Shown: positions 23,990-38,047 of the stretch, piece after piece
Layout of the letters: the number at the start of each line of letters is the position of its first letter
How positions within the stretch are numbered: position 1 is the first letter of the stretch
DNA from: Heterodontus francisci
Taxonomy: Eukaryota
Direction: 5' to 3'
Length of the DNA stretch: 64,000 nt
Assembly (NCBI RefSeq): GCF_036365525.1
Contig: NC_090399.1
Location: forward strand, 21,958,529 to 22,022,528
Program-made: the position numbers and the translations under genes
The notes under the pieces: generated by a model
What the model was told of the DNA's origin: nothing
Databases searched by the model: none
Seen by the model: only the letters and a program-made list of their open reading frames with translations

Positions 23990-26880
23990 CCCTGGAATCA
24001 TTCTAGTAAATCTCCTCGGCACACTTTCAAGGACCCTCACATCCTTTCTAAAGTGTGGTGACCAGAACTGGATGCATATTCCAGTTAGAGCCAAACCAGA
24101 GGTTTATAAAGGTTCAGCATAACCTCCCTGCTTTTGTACTCCATGCCTCTGTTTATGAAGCCCAAGGTTGCTTTACTAACCACCCTCAATATCTCCTGTC
24201 ATCTTCAAAGATCAATGCACATGCATCCCCAGGTCACTCTGTTCCTATACACTCTTTAGAACTGTGCCATTAAGTATATATTGCCTCTCCCTATTCCTTC
24301 TGCCAAAATGCATCACCTCACATTTGTTGATATTAAATTCCATCTGCCACCTGTCTGCCCATTCTGCTCGCCTATCTATATCCTATCTAAATTGCAAGCG
24401 GTTTGTAACATCCTCACTGTTTGCCACACCTCCAAGCTTGGCGTCATCAGTAAATATTTAGATTCTACTCTGTATTCCATGATCCAAGTCATTTATATAT
24501 AGCAAAAAAATCAGTGCTCCCAGCACTGACCCTTGGACAACACCAGTGTCTATCAGTCTCCAGACTGGAAAACGATCATTTACCATGACGTGCTGTTTTC
24601 TGTCCTTAAGTCAATTTTTCTTTAATCTAATTGGACACTGACCCTCCTAACCCATGAGCCTCAATTTTGTTAAACATCCTTTTATCTGGTACTTCATCAA
24701 ACAATTTCTCAAAATACATATAGACATCCACCATATTCCCTTCATCAACCTTCACTGATACTTCATCAAAAGTTCAATTAGATTAGACAAGCATGATCTG
24801 CCTCATAAATCCATGCTGGCTGTCCTTAATTAACTCAAACCTCTCCAAGTGTATGTTGATTTTTCCCCCTGATTATTGTTTCTAAAGCCTTACCCACTAC
24901 TGATGTTAAACTAACTGGCCTGTAGTTGCCTGGACAATCCTTTGACTCTTTCTTGAATAAGGGTGTCACATTTGCCACTCTCCAATCCTCTGACACCTCC
25001 CCCAAATCCAGGGAAGAGTGGAAGATTCTGGCAAGACCTTCCATTATTTCCATCCCCATTTCCTTTAGCAACCTGGGATGCAAGCCATCCGGACCAGGTG
25101 ACTTATGTACTGTAAAAGTAGCTAGCCTTTTTAGTACATCCAACCCCCCCCCCCACCCCACTCAATTTTACGCTATCCATTGCCTCTACTCTCCGCTTTG
25201 ACCAATATTTTGTCAGATTCCACTTTCTTCGTGAACACTGATTAAAGTACTCATTAAGTGTATTAGTCTTGCCCTGCGCCTCCAAGCATATATTACCCTC
25301 ATTATCCCTAATAGGCCCCACTCCACCTCTTACTACCCACTTACTATTTACATGTCGGTAGAAGATTTTTGGATTCCCTTTTAAGTTGACTAAGAAGAAT
25401 TCAACTGAAATGCATTATACACCTTTTTCTGTTTCATCATAATTTTTATCTCCATCATCATCCAAGGAGCCCTGTTATTGGTTCCCTTACTGTTCGGCCT
25501 TGTTGGAATGTACCTAGCCTGTACCTGAAGCAGCTCTTCCTTATAGATAATCCATTGTTCCGATACAGTGCTTCCTGTCAGTTTTGGTTCCATTCTACCC
25601 TGGCTATATCCCTTCTCATTACATTGAAATTAGTCCTCTTCCAATCCAGCCATTCTACCTTGTTTTTCAGCATTGTTAGTGTAAACCTTATGATACAATG
25701 ATCACCTTACCCAAGTGCTCCTTCACAGACACTTAATGCACTTGGCCCACCTCATTTCCCAGCACCAGATCCAGCAATGCTTCTTTGCTAGTTGGGCTGA
25801 GAACATATTGATCAAAGAAGTTCTCCTGTACACATTTTGGAAAATTCCCCCCCCCCCGCATCCCCCCGCCCCCCCACTTACCCTTTACTCTAAATTTTTC
25901 TCAATCAATATTTGGGTAATTAAAGTCCCCCAACATCACCACTCTATAGTTCTTGCACATCTCTGATTTCCCTACAGATTTGCTCCTCTCTCTCCATTTG
26001 GAGGCCTGTAGAATACCCCTGGTCACGTGATCATACCCATTTTACCTCTCAACTCCAACCAAATGAATTTTGTTCTTGCCCTTGCCCCTTCAAGGACATC
26101 CTCCCTTTCCAAGACTGCAATGTCATCCCTAATCAATACTGCCACACCACCTTCCTTTATTCCTTCTCTATCTTTTCTGTACACTTTATATCCTTGTATA
26201 TTAGCACCCAGTCCTCACCATTTTTAAGCCACTTTTCCATTATTGCTACTGCACCATATTCCAAAGCTTGTAACTCAACAACATTATTCAACATATTTTG
26301 TATGTTTACACACATGCATTGTAATCCTGTCTTTGTATTCTTCATAGTCCTTCTCAGTTTGCTTCCATCTAATATGGAACCATTCCCTTCTCTAGCACTG
26401 TCTAACATTTTCACCTTCTGCACCTTATTCCTGTTTTCTGCTTCTATCTGCTGGTGTCCATTCCCCTGACAATTCAGTTTAAACTCTCCCCAACCACATT
26501 AGTGAATCTCCCCGCGCGGACATTGGTCCCAGTCCTGTTGAGGTGCAACCCATCTCTTTTGAATAGGTGCCTCCTGCCCCAGAACTGATCCTATTGCCCC
26601 AAAAAGCTAAAGCCCTCCCTCTTGCACCAATCTTCAAGCCTCACATTGATCCTCCCTGTCTTCCTATATCTACTGTCATTAGCACTGGGTGTAATCCAGA
26701 GATTACTACAATTGTGGTCCTACTCTCTAACTTCCTTCTCAGTTTCTGAAATCTGACCAGACAACCTCAGTATCTGCCCTCACTATGTCATTGGTACCAA
26801 TGTGCACCACAACTTCTGACTCACTCCCTTCCCCCTGCAGAATACCTTGCACCCTCTCCATGATGCCCTTTACCCTGACA
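23990..26880 (-). mobile_element. Decayed CR1 LINE (ORF1 remnant, endonuclease, RT)
   Basis: KSPGPDGLHPRLLKE...NYRPVSLTSVVGK (24835-25161); endonuclease-like 26157-26423. Confidence 0.85.
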
Positions 26881-29157
26881 CACAGAAACTAAAAACTAAA
26901 TCCAATTGCTTTCTCCTTTTTAAAATATACAATCAATCCATGCTTCCTATTTCTTATTCACAACAAATTCAACATTTCCTGCAAATAAGAAATAGGCAGC
27001 ATGTTTTTGTTTGTCTATTTTAAAAAAGATAAGGCAAATGATTAAATTTTTAGTTTGTGAGAGTGTGCAAGATTGGGGAGGTTTCCTGACCTGTGAATGA
27101 AAGACTGCCATTTGCTGTGGGCTTTTTGACTCTATTTTTCCAAATGCTTTTCTTAACATTTCTCTTACAACTCAAATGTTCAACTCAGGGCTTTTTTTTA
27201 ATGGAATTCTTTCACAATATTTGTATTTTGTGAAAGGCCTGATATTAACTCTGTTAATATTAACTCCACATCCTCCTGCACAATCCCTTCTCTTCTTTAC
27301 ACGTTATGTAACTTTAACCCTCCTGCCTCATGTCAGAAATCCCCAAAACAACTAAAGGTAGTGTTACCTTCAGGACCTCCATAGGGAATGAAAGCTTCAG
27401 TCAGGATCTCACCTTGTCTGTCTGAACATGCACCTCCTTATATAGGGGAGGTGGTGGCATAGTGGTATTGTCACTGGACTAATAATTCAGACCCAGGATA
27501 TTCCTCTGGGGACATGGGTTCGAATCCCACCATGACAAAAGGTGGAATTTGAATTGAATTCATGAAAAAATCTGGAATAAAAAAAATCATTAGATCATCT
27601 AGTGATGGCCATGAAACCATTGTCGATTATTGCATATAACCCATCTGGTTTACTAATGTCCTTACCTGGTCTGGCCTACATGTGACAGCAATGTGGTTGA
27701 CTCTTAAAAAGCCACTCAGTTATACCAAACTGCTAAAATGTTGATAAAGAATGAAACCGGATGGACCGCCCGGCATCAACCTAGGCACCGGAAATGACAA
27801 CGACAAACCTAGCCCTGTTGACCCTGCAAAGTCCTCCTTGGGGGGTTGGACCAGCTTTCCCACAGACTAGTCAAGCAATAGCCTGACACAGTCAGAGTCA
27901 CTGAATCGTACCTTACAATGTCCCAGACGCGACCATCACCATTTCCAGGTATGTCAGGTCCCACCGGCAGGACAGACCCAGCAGAGGTGGCGGCACAGTG
28001 GTATACAGTCGGGAGTTGCCCTGGGAGTCCTCAACATCAATTCCAGATCTCATGGCATCTGGTCAAACATGGACAAGGAAGCCTCCTGCCGATTACCAGC
28101 TACTGCCCTCCCTCAGCTGATGAATCAGTACTCCTCCCTGTTGAGCACCAATTGGAGGCAGCACTGAGGGTGACAAGGGCACAACATGTACTCTGGGGGA
28201 TTTCAATGTCTGTCACCAAGAGTAGCTCAGTAGCACCACTACTGACCGAACTGGCCAAGCCCGAAAGGATATAACTGCTAGACTGGGTCTGCGGCAGGTG
28301 GTGGGGATCCAACAAGAGGGAAAAACATACTTGACCTCATCCTCACCAACCTGCCTGCCGCCGATGCATCTGCCCATGACAATATTGGTAGGAGTGACCA
28401 CTGCACAGTTCTTATGAAGAAGAAGTCCCGCCTTCACATTAAGGATACCCTCCATCGTGTTGTGTGGCACTACCGATATGACAGATTTCGAACAGATCTA
28501 GCAATGCAAAACTGGTCATCCATAAGGCGCTGTGGACCATCAGCAGCAGCAGAATTGTACTCAACCACAATCTGTAACCTCATGGCCCAGTGTATCGCCC
28601 ACTCTACCATTACCATCAAGTCGGGGGATCAACCCTGGTTCAATGAAGCATGCAGGAGGGCATGCCAGGAGCAGCACCAGTCATAGAGTCATGGAGTTAT
28701 ACATCACAGAAGCAGACCCTTCGGCCCATCATGTGTGTGCTGGCCATCAAGCACCTATCTATTCTAATCCCATTTTCCAGCACTTGGCCCGTAGCCTTGT
28801 ATGCTATCGCATTTCAAGTGCTCATCTAAATACTTCTTAAATGTTGTGAGGGTTCCTGCCTCTACCACCTCTTCAGGCAGTGCGTTCCAGATTCCAACCA
28901 CTCTCTGGGTGAAAAGAATTTTCCTCAAATCCCCTCTAAACTTCCTGCCCCTTACCTTAAATCTATGCCCCCTAGTTACTGACTCCTCCGCTAAGGGAAA
29001 AAGTTTATTCCAATCTAACCTATCAATGCCCCTCATAATTTTGTATACCTCAATCATATCCTCCCTCAGCCTTCTCTGCTCCAAGGAAAACAACCACAGC
29101 CTTTTCAGTCTCTCTTCATAGCTGAAATGCTTCAGCCCAGGCAACATCCTGGTGAAT

Positions 29158-30480
29158 TGATGAGGGAAGGGCTGTAGATGTTATATACATGGACTTCAGT
29201 AAGGCGTTTGATAAGGTTCCCCATGGTAGGCTGATGGAGAAAGTGAAGTCGCATGGGGTCCAGGGTGTACTAGCTAGGTGGATAAAGAACTGGCTGGGCA
29301 ACAGGAGACAGAGAGTAGCAGTGGAAGGGAGTTTCTCAAAATGGAGACGTGTGACCAGTGGTGTTCCACAGGGATCCGTGCTGGGACCACTGTTGTTTGT
29401 GATATACATAAATGATTTGGAGGAAAGTATAGGTGGTCTGATTAGCAAGTTTGCAGACGACACTAAGATTGGTGGAGTAGCAGATAGTGAAGGGGACTGT
29501 CAGAGAATACAGCAGAATATAGATAGATTGGAGAGTTGGGCAGAGAAATGGCAGATGGAGTTCAATCCGGGAAAAAGCGAGGTGATGCATTTTGGAAGAT
29601 CCAATTCAAGAGTGAACTATACAGTAAATGGAAAAGTCCTGAGGAAAATTGATGTACAGAGAGATTTGGGTGTTCAGGTCCATTGTTCCCTGAAGGTGGC
29701 AATGCAGGTCAATAGAGTGGTCAAGAAGGCATACGGCATGTTTTCCTTCATCAGACGGGGTATTGAGTACCGAAGAAGGGTCACTGACCCGAAACGTTAA
29801 CTCTGCTTCTCTTTCCACAGATGCTGCCAGACCTGCTGAGTGAATCCAGCATTTCTTGTTTTTGTTATTGAGTACAAGGGTTGGCAGGTCATGTTACAGT
29901 TGTATAAGACTTTGGTTCGGCCACATTTGGAATACTGCATGCAGTTCTGGTCGCCACATTACCAAAAGGATGTAGATTCTTTGGAGAGGGTGCAGAGGAG
30001 GTTCACCAGGATGTTGCCTGGTATGGAGGGCGCTAGCTATGAAGAGAGTTTGAGTAGATTAGGATTATTTTCATTAGAAAGACGGAGGTTGAGGGGGGAC
30101 CTGATTGAGGTGTACAAAATCATGAGAGGTATCAACAGGGTGGATAGCAAGAAGCTTTTTCCCAGAGTGGGGGATTCAATTACTAGGGGTCACGAGTTCA
30201 AAGTGAGAGGGGAAAAGTTTAGTGGGGATATGCGTGGAAAGTTCTTTACGCAGAGGGTGGTGGGTGCCTGGAACGCGTTGCCAGCAGAGGTGGTAGACGC
30301 GGGCACGATAGCATCTTTTAAGATGTATCTAGACAGATACATGAATGGGCAGGAAGCAAAGAGATACAGACCCTTAGAAAATAGGCAACAGGTTTAGATA
30401 GCGGATCTGGATCGACGCAGGCTTGGAGGGCCGAAGGGCCTGTTCCTGTGCTGCAATTTTCTTTGTTCTTTGTTCTTTGA
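29158..30480 (+). mobile_element. 5'-truncated CR1 RT
   Basis: MDFSKAFDKVPHGRL...FADDTK (29189-29800); LVRPHLEYC (29840-30397); (TTTGTTC)n tail. Confidence 0.92.
29771..29865 (+). mobile_element. Penelope-derived mini-element with hammerhead motif
   Basis: 10-bp TSD TATTGAGTAC (29761-29770, 29866-29875) inside the CR1 coding sequence. Confidence 0.88.
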
Positions 30481-30921
30481 ATCTCCTCTGCATCTTCTCC
30501 AGTGCAATCACATCCTTCCTGTCATGTGGTACCCAGAACTGTACACAGTGCTCCAGCTGTGGCCTAACTAGCATTTTATACAGCTCCTAAAAAGGAGGTG
30601 TCAACCTGGTGAAGCTACAACCCAGGACTACTTGCGTGCCAAACAGCAGAAGCATCACACGATAGACAGAGCTAAGCGATTCCACAACCTTCAGATTAGA
30701 TATAAGCTCTGAAGTCCTGCCACATCCAGTTGTGAATGGTGGTGGACAATTAACCAACTAACTGGAGTGGATGATCCATCTCGGCCTCCTCCTGAAGTCC
30801 CCAGCATCGCAGATGCCTGATATCAATAAACGACTGAAGGCACTGGATACTATCAAGGCTATGAGCCCTGACAACATTCCAGCAATAATACTGAAGACCG
30901 GTGTCCCAGAACTTGCCCCAG

Positions 30922-31270
30922 CAGATGTTAAAAGATGTTTCCACTAGTGGGAGAATCTCGAACTAGGGGACATAGTTACAGAATAAGGGGACACTCATTT
31001 AAAACTGATATGCAAAGGAATTTCTTCACTCAGAGGGTAGTGAATGTCTGGAATTCTCAATCCCAGAGAGGGAGGTTACATCACTGAAAGCATTTAAAGA
31101 GGAAGTAGATAGATTTTTGAAATATCGTGGAGTTGAGGGCCGTGAGGAGCTGGCATGAAAGAAGAGTTGAAGTCTGGGACAGATCAGCCATGATCTTATT
31201 GAATGGTGGGGCAGACTTGAGGGGCCAAATGGCCTACTGCTGCTCCTATTTCTTATGTTGCTATGTTCTT
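30922..31270 (+). mobile_element. CR1 3' end fragment
   Basis: TTCTTCACTCAGAGGGTAGTGAATGTCTGGAATTC; tail TCCTATTTCTTATGTT. Confidence 0.75.
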
Positions 31271-34065
31271 AGCCAAAGCTGATCCATTACAGCTAGAACA
31301 GTGACATCTACCCGGCAATGTGGAAAATTGCCCAGGTATGTCCTGTACAAAAAAGCAGGACAAATTCAACCCGGCCAATTACCGCCCCATCAGTCTACTC
31401 TTGATCATCAGTAAAGTGATGGAAGGTGTCATCAACAGTGCTATCAAGCAATACTTGCTTAGAAATAAGCTGCTCAATGACGCTCAGTTTGGGTTCCGCC
31501 AGGGCCACTCAACTTCGGACCTCATTACAGCCTTGGTTCAAAGATGGACAAAAGAGCTGAACTCCAGGGAGAAGGTGAGAGTGACTGCCCTTGACATCAA
31601 GGCAGCATTTGACCGAGTATGGCATCAAGGAGCCCTAGCGAAACTGGAGTCAATGGAAATAAGGAGGAAAACTGTCCACTGGTTGGAGTCATACCTAGCA
31701 CAAGGAAGATGGTTGTGGTTGTTGGAAGTCAATCATTTCAGCTCCAGGATATCACTGCAGGAGTTCCTCAGGGTAGTGTCCTAGGCCCAAACATCTTCAG
31801 CTGCTTCATCAATGACCTTCCTTCAATCATAAGGTCAGAATTGGGGATGTTCGCTGATGATTGCACAAAGTTCAGCATGATTTGCAACTCCCTCAGATAC
31901 TGAAGCAGTCTGTGTTGAAATGCAGCAAGACCTGGACAATAGCCAGGCTTGAGCTGAAAGTGGCGTGAATGTTACTTGCCACTTAAGTGCCAGGCAATGA
32001 CCATCTCCAACAAGAGAGAATCTAACCATCTCCCCTTGACATTCAACAGCTTTACAATCACCAAATCCCCCACTATCAACATCCTGGGGGTTGCCATTGA
32101 CCAGGATCTGAACTGGGTTAGCCATATAAATACCGTGGCTACAAGAGCAGGTCAGAGGCTAGGAATCCTGAGGCGAGTAATTCACCTCCTAACTCCCCAA
32201 AGCCCGTTCACCATCTACAAGACACAAATCAGGAGTGTGAGGGAATACTCTCCACTTGTCTGCATGGGTTGCAGCTCCAACAACACGCAAGAAGTTCGAC
32301 AACATCCAGGACAAAGCAGCCTGCTTGATTGTCACCCCATACATGAACATTCACTCCCTCCACCACCGATACATTGTGGCAGCAGTGTGTACCATCTACA
32401 AGATGCACTGCAGCAACGCACCAAGGCTACTCAGGCAGCACCTTCCAAACCTGTGACCTCTACCATCTAGAAGGACAAGGGCAGCAGATGCATGGGAACG
32501 CCACCACCTGCAAGTCCCCCTCCAAGCCACACACCATCCTGACTTGGAACTATATCGCCTTTCCTTCACTGTCGCTGGGTCAAAATCCTGGAACTCCCTT
32601 CCTAACAGCACTGTGGGTGTACCTACCCCACATGGACTGCAACGGTTCAAGAAGGCAGCTCACCACCACCTGGACAATTAGGGATGGGCAATAAATGCTG
32701 GCCTGGCCAGCGATGCCCACATCCCATGAAACGAATGAAAAAAAGTCTTGTTATATCATTTGTAAAGAGCTAGGAACTAATTATTAGGTGTGATTGTGTT
32801 CCAGCATGCCAGATTCACTACTGCACTGGAGTCATGTGATGACTCGTGATGTGTAATGGGGCACGGGTCTAAAGCAGTCCCAATCAAGCAGCATGGTGAG
32901 CTATATGAAATAAACAAAGGGCTGCAACCTTTCCAAGTCGAAAGTGTGATTATTTCTAACTTATGGGAACCAGAAAACAACCAGGACACATAATATGGTG
33001 GCAGCAAGAGTTTGTGAGTAAACCTAAAACATTTTAAATGTTTTTAATGTTGAATTAGATTGAAAAATAGAAATCGATCCGAATTAATGCCAGAGAGAGA
33101 GAAACTGAATGAATGAAAAATGAAATGTGGCCCGGCACAGCAATGACTACACAGTTGCAGCCCATAATGAATTGGGAAGCTGATGATGTCATAGAAGCAT
33201 TTGAGAAGTTTAAAAATAAATACATATTGCCATCCAGTGGTTTTCTAAAAGGCATTAGTGATGAAGAGAACGTCAGCTATATCCTTCTGTTGGCAGGAGA
33301 TAAATAATTACATTTGTTTAATAGCTGGGAGCTGAGCGAAGAGGACAGCAGAAACCCAGAAAATGTTTTTAAAAATTCAGTGCCCATCTCCAGCCAAAAT
33401 CAAATCATAGGATCTAGCAATCTGAATTTCAAGACCTCAGACAGGAATTAGGTGATCCCATTGATAATTTCATAACAAGATTGAAAATTGCAGCCAGAAA
33501 ATGTAACTTTAAGGACACAGATGAAAGGCTGGTCGATCAGCTAATTTGGTGTTCTGCACACCCTGAAAAATGTGCTAATTGGAAAGGACAAGTCCACAAT
33601 ATTGCAGGCTATAGACACTGTCAGTGTACATGAAGCCACAAACAGACAGATGAAGACACTGACTACCCAAACAGCGAGCCATCAGTTCAGCTAAGAGAAA
33701 GGCAGCAGGGCTGATGCAGTGAAACACCAATAAAAGAATGCACGCTGGACAGAGAGCAAGATGTACAGGAACTGTGGATGACCACATGAATTCACGGACA
33801 GAAGGAAAAGTCCTGCATATGGATCAATTTGCAGAGCTTGCGGAAAGGCCAATCACTGGGAAAAGATGTGTAGAAAACAAGGAAGAAGGTGGTAAACGAG
33901 TCACCAGAGACAGAGCAACAGGGTGAATGAGTAAGAGGAAAAGAAACCAAGACATCCATACCCTGGAAGATGACGATAAGTTTGAGAACACAATAAGAAC
34001 CACACAACTGCATGAAATGTCTAAATGCGACAATTCCCAGAGACAAAAAAAATCACGTAACCATT

Positions 34066-36250
34066 CATAGAACATAGAACATAGAACATAGAACATAGAA
34101 CATAGAACATAGAACAATACAGCACAGTACAGGATCTTCGGCCCACGATGTTGTGCCGAACCTTTAACCTGCTCTAAGATCTAAGTAACTACCTACCCTT
34201 CATTCTACTATCATCCATGTACCTATCCAAGAGTCGCTTAAATGCCCCTAATGTATCTGCTTCTACGACCAACGCTGGCAGCGCATTCCACGCACCCACC
34301 ACTCTCCGTGTAAAGAACCTACCTCTGACATCTCCCCGAAACCTTCCTCCAATCACCTTAAAATTATGCCCCCTGGTGATAGCCCTTTCCATCCTGGGAA
34401 AAAGTCTCTGACTATCCACTTTATCTATGCTTCTCATCATCTTGTACCCCTCTATCAAGTCACTGCTCATCCTTCTTCGCTCCAATGAGAAAAGCCCTAG
34501 CTCCCTCAATCTTTCTTCGTAGGACATGCCCTCCAGTCCAGGCAGCATCCTGGTAAATCTCCTCTGCACCCTCTCTAAAGCTTCCACATCCTTCCGATAA
34601 TGAGGCGACCAGAACTGAATACAATATTCCAAGTGTGGTCGAACCAGCGCCTTATACAGCTGCAGCATAACCTTGCGGCTCTTAAACTCAATCCCCCTGT
34701 TAATGAAAGCCAACACACCATACGCCTTCTTAACAACCCTATCAACTTGGGTGGCAACTTTAAGCGATCTATGGACATGGACCTCAAGATCCCTCTGTTC
34801 CTCCACACTACCAAGAATCCTATCTTTAAGCCTGTATTCCGCATTCAAATTCGACATTCCAAAATGAATCACTTCACACTTTTCCAGGTTGAACTCCATC
34901 TGCCACTTCTCAGCCCAGCTCTGCATCCTGTCAATGTCCCGTTGCAACCTGCAACAGCCTTCCTCACTATCCACAACTCCCGCAACCTTCATGTCATCGG
35001 CAAACTTGCTAACCCAGCCTTCCACTTCCTCATCCAAGTCATTTATAAAAATCACAAAGAGCAGAGGTCCCAGAACAGATCCTTGTGGAACACCACTGGT
35101 CACCGAGCTCCACGCTGAATACTTTCCATCTACTACCACCCTCTGCCTTCTATGGGCCAGCCAATTTTGTATCCAGACAGCCAACTTTCCCTGAATCCCA
35201 TGCCTCCTTACTTTCTGAATGAGCCTACCATGGGGAACCTTATCAAACGCCTTGCTAAAATCCATATACACCACATCCACTGCTATTCCTTCATCAATGT
35301 GTTTTGTCACATCTTCAAAGAATTCAATAAGGCTTGTGAGGCATGACCTGCCCCTCACAAAGCCATGCTGACTGTCTCTAATCAAACCATGCCTTTCCAA
35401 GTAATCATAAATCCTGTCTCTCAGAATCCTCTCAAATAATTTGCCCACTACCAACGTAAGACTGACTGGTCTATAATTCCCAGGCTTATCCCTATTCCCT
35501 TTCTTGAACAAGCGAACAACATTTGCCACCCTCCAATCATCTGGTCCTACTCCAGTGGACAGTGAAGATGCAAAAATCATCGCCAAATGCGCAGCAATCT
35601 CCTCCCTCACTTCCCCTAATATCCTTGGGTATATCCCGTCTGGCCCCGGGGACTTATCTGTCCTCATGTCATTCAAAATTTCCAGCACATCCTCCCTCTT
35701 AACCTCAACCTGTTCAAGCATATCAGCCTGTTCCACGCTGTCCTCACAAACGACCAGGTTCCTCTCACTAGTGAATACTGAAGCAAAGTATTCATTTAGG
35801 ACCTCCCCTACCTCCTCTGACTCCAGGCACAAGTTCTCTCCAGTATCCCTGATCGGCCCTACCCTCACTCTGGCCATCCTCTTGTTCCTTACATAAGTGT
35901 AGAACGCCTTGGGATTTTCCTTAATCCTACCCGCCAAGACTTTTTCATGTCCCCTTCCAGCTCTCCTAAGTCCATTCTTCAGTTCCTTCCTGGCTACCTT
36001 GTAACCCTCTAGAGCCCTGTCTGATCCTTGCTTCCTCAACCTGAAGTAAGCTTCCTTCTTCCTCTTGACTTCCACATCTCCTGTCATCCAAGGTTCCTTT
36101 ACCCTACCATCCCTTCCCTGCCTCATCGGGACAAACCTATCCAGCAGTCGCAGCAAGTGCTCCCTAAACAACCTCCACATTTCTGTCCTGCATTTCCCTG
36201 AGAACATCTGTTCCCAATTTATGCTCCCCAGTTCCTGCCTAATAGCATTC
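34066..36250 (-). mobile_element. Young 5'-truncated CR1 with an uninterrupted 672-aa ORF2 segment
   Basis: ORF 34189-36207 with the full RT motif set (KFADD); (CATAGAA)x7 tail at 34066-34114. Confidence 0.97.
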
Positions 36251-38047
36251 AGATCAGAAAGAGGATGAGAAATAAGCCCACAATGATAAATCTGAAGGTG
36301 AAGATTAATACTGGAGCACAGAGTGACATCTTACCACTCAGACTATACCAGCAGATCTTTCCTAAAACTTTGGAAGAAAATGGTTGTTCAAGGAAAGATG
36401 CTCTGAAACTAAGCAATGTCATGCTAATGGCATACAAGGGAATTGAGATTCGACAGCTAGGAACAAACCAAATCAGAGGGACACACAAAGGAAAGGACCT
36501 TAACTGTATGTTCTACATCATTGAAACAGATGGTTCTGCTATCCTGGGGCTGAGCTGTTGTGAAGAGCTGCAGATTATCTCAGTAAACCATGAGGTGAAG
36601 GAGACAACACTGAGGGTTGAAGACAGTACACCCATTGAAAAGTGCCCCCTGATCGGAAGCAAAAAAGATCTGGTACAAATGTACCCAGAGCATTTTGATG
36701 AGACGATTGGATACTTTGAAGATTTTGAATATCACATCACTATTGATCCAGTTATGAAACCAATGATTCATCCCCCATGCAAAGTATCATTCAAACTTAA
36801 AGGAAAGCTTGAAAGAGAGCTCCAAGAGATTGAAGAAAAGAAGATGATCGCCAGAGTCACAGAGCCTACAGACTGGGCAAATTCCATCATTGTGAGAGAG
36901 AAGCCAAATGGACGGCAAAGAATTTGCCTGAATCCTAAAGCTCTTAATCAAGCAATACAGAGGGATCACTACCCTATTCCAACACTGGAAGAGGGCAAAA
37001 GTTTTCAGAATGCTTGATGCAAGAAATGGCTACTGGAATATGAAACTAGACAAGGAATCTTGGCTGTTGACAACATTCAACACACCTTTTGGATGGTACA
37101 AATTCCTGCAGCTACTGTTTGGCCTTAAAGTAATCCAGGATGTGTTCCAGCAGAATGTAGGTGAGACATACTGAGGATGTAAAGGAGCACTTGGCATAGC
37201 TCATAATATCCAAATATATGGTATAGACAGAAAAGTTCAGGACTACCATCTACATGAAGCCATGGAGAGAACCAGGACATCTGGGATCAAGCTAAACAGA
37301 CAAATGCATTGTGAAAGAGATAGAATGCCAGTTCTTTGGAATGGTATGCACTCCTGATGGAGTCAAGCCGAGTCCTGAAAGAATCTCAGCCATCTCTGTG
37401 ATGGAAGCCTAAAGAGACAAGAGAGAGAGTTAATAAATTGTCTTGGCTTGATCCAATAGATGAGCTCCTTCATAATGCACATGTCGGAACACACAGCAAA
37501 CCTGAGGGAACTGATGAAATGAAATGTAGAGTACCAGTGGTCAGAGTCACATGACAGGAGTTTCAACAAACTCAAAAAGAGAGTATGCAAGGAGACAAGT
37601 CTGTCATACTATGACTGAAAGAAACCTGTCACTCTGCAAGTAGATGCTTCTACAAAAGGACCTTGCATGTAGCCCTGGTGCAAGAGGGAAAGCCAATTGC
37701 ATTCGCATCCAAAGCTTTAACCTCAGCTGAGACCAGATATGTGAACATAGAAAGAAAGCTTTTAGGAATCATGTATGGATGTGAGAAGTTCCACACATAT
37801 CTCTATGGGAGAAAGTTCATAGTGGAGAGTGATCATCATCCACTGGAGTAGATATAAAAGAAAAAATTATGCAAAGCACCAGAAAGACTACAGAGGTTAC
37901 TCTTGAAGCTTCAGAGTTATGATTTCACTCTGAAATACAAGCCAGTATGAGAAATGGTGCTGGCTGATACCCATAGGAGAAGCACAAGATAGAAGATCTA
38001 GATATAAAGATTCATCACCGAGTGAGTGTAACCCCACCAAACTGTCA

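Larger units (their letters stand above)
28680..30586 (-). mobile_element. CR1 3' fragment (minus) interrupted by a plus-strand CR1
   Basis: ORFs 28764-29147 and 30374-30574 are contiguous CR1 C-terminal sequence once 29158-30480 is removed. Confidence 0.85.
27445..32744 (+). mobile_element. Single-ORF CR1/L2-group LINE with tRNA-like Pol III head (copy B, both ends present, interrupted)
   Basis: A box TGGCATAGTGG (27456-27466); B box GGTTCGAATCC (27517-27527); endonuclease remnants from ~27830; RT NYRPISLL...QFGFR...LDIKAAFDRVWH...GVPQGSVLGP...FADD (31320-31903); 3' end CCCACATCCCATGAAACGAATG(A)n. Confidence 0.9.

Noticed and set aside
27445-27535. Possible tRNA gene
   Set aside because: A/B boxes are present, but the spacing is extended and the sequence continues into the LINE; it is a retroelement head
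34066-34114. (CATAGAA)x7 array and ORF MFYVLCSMFYVLCS (33824-34117)
   Set aside because: It is the CR1 3' microsatellite tail. It has no spacers, so it is not CRISPR, and it is not coding
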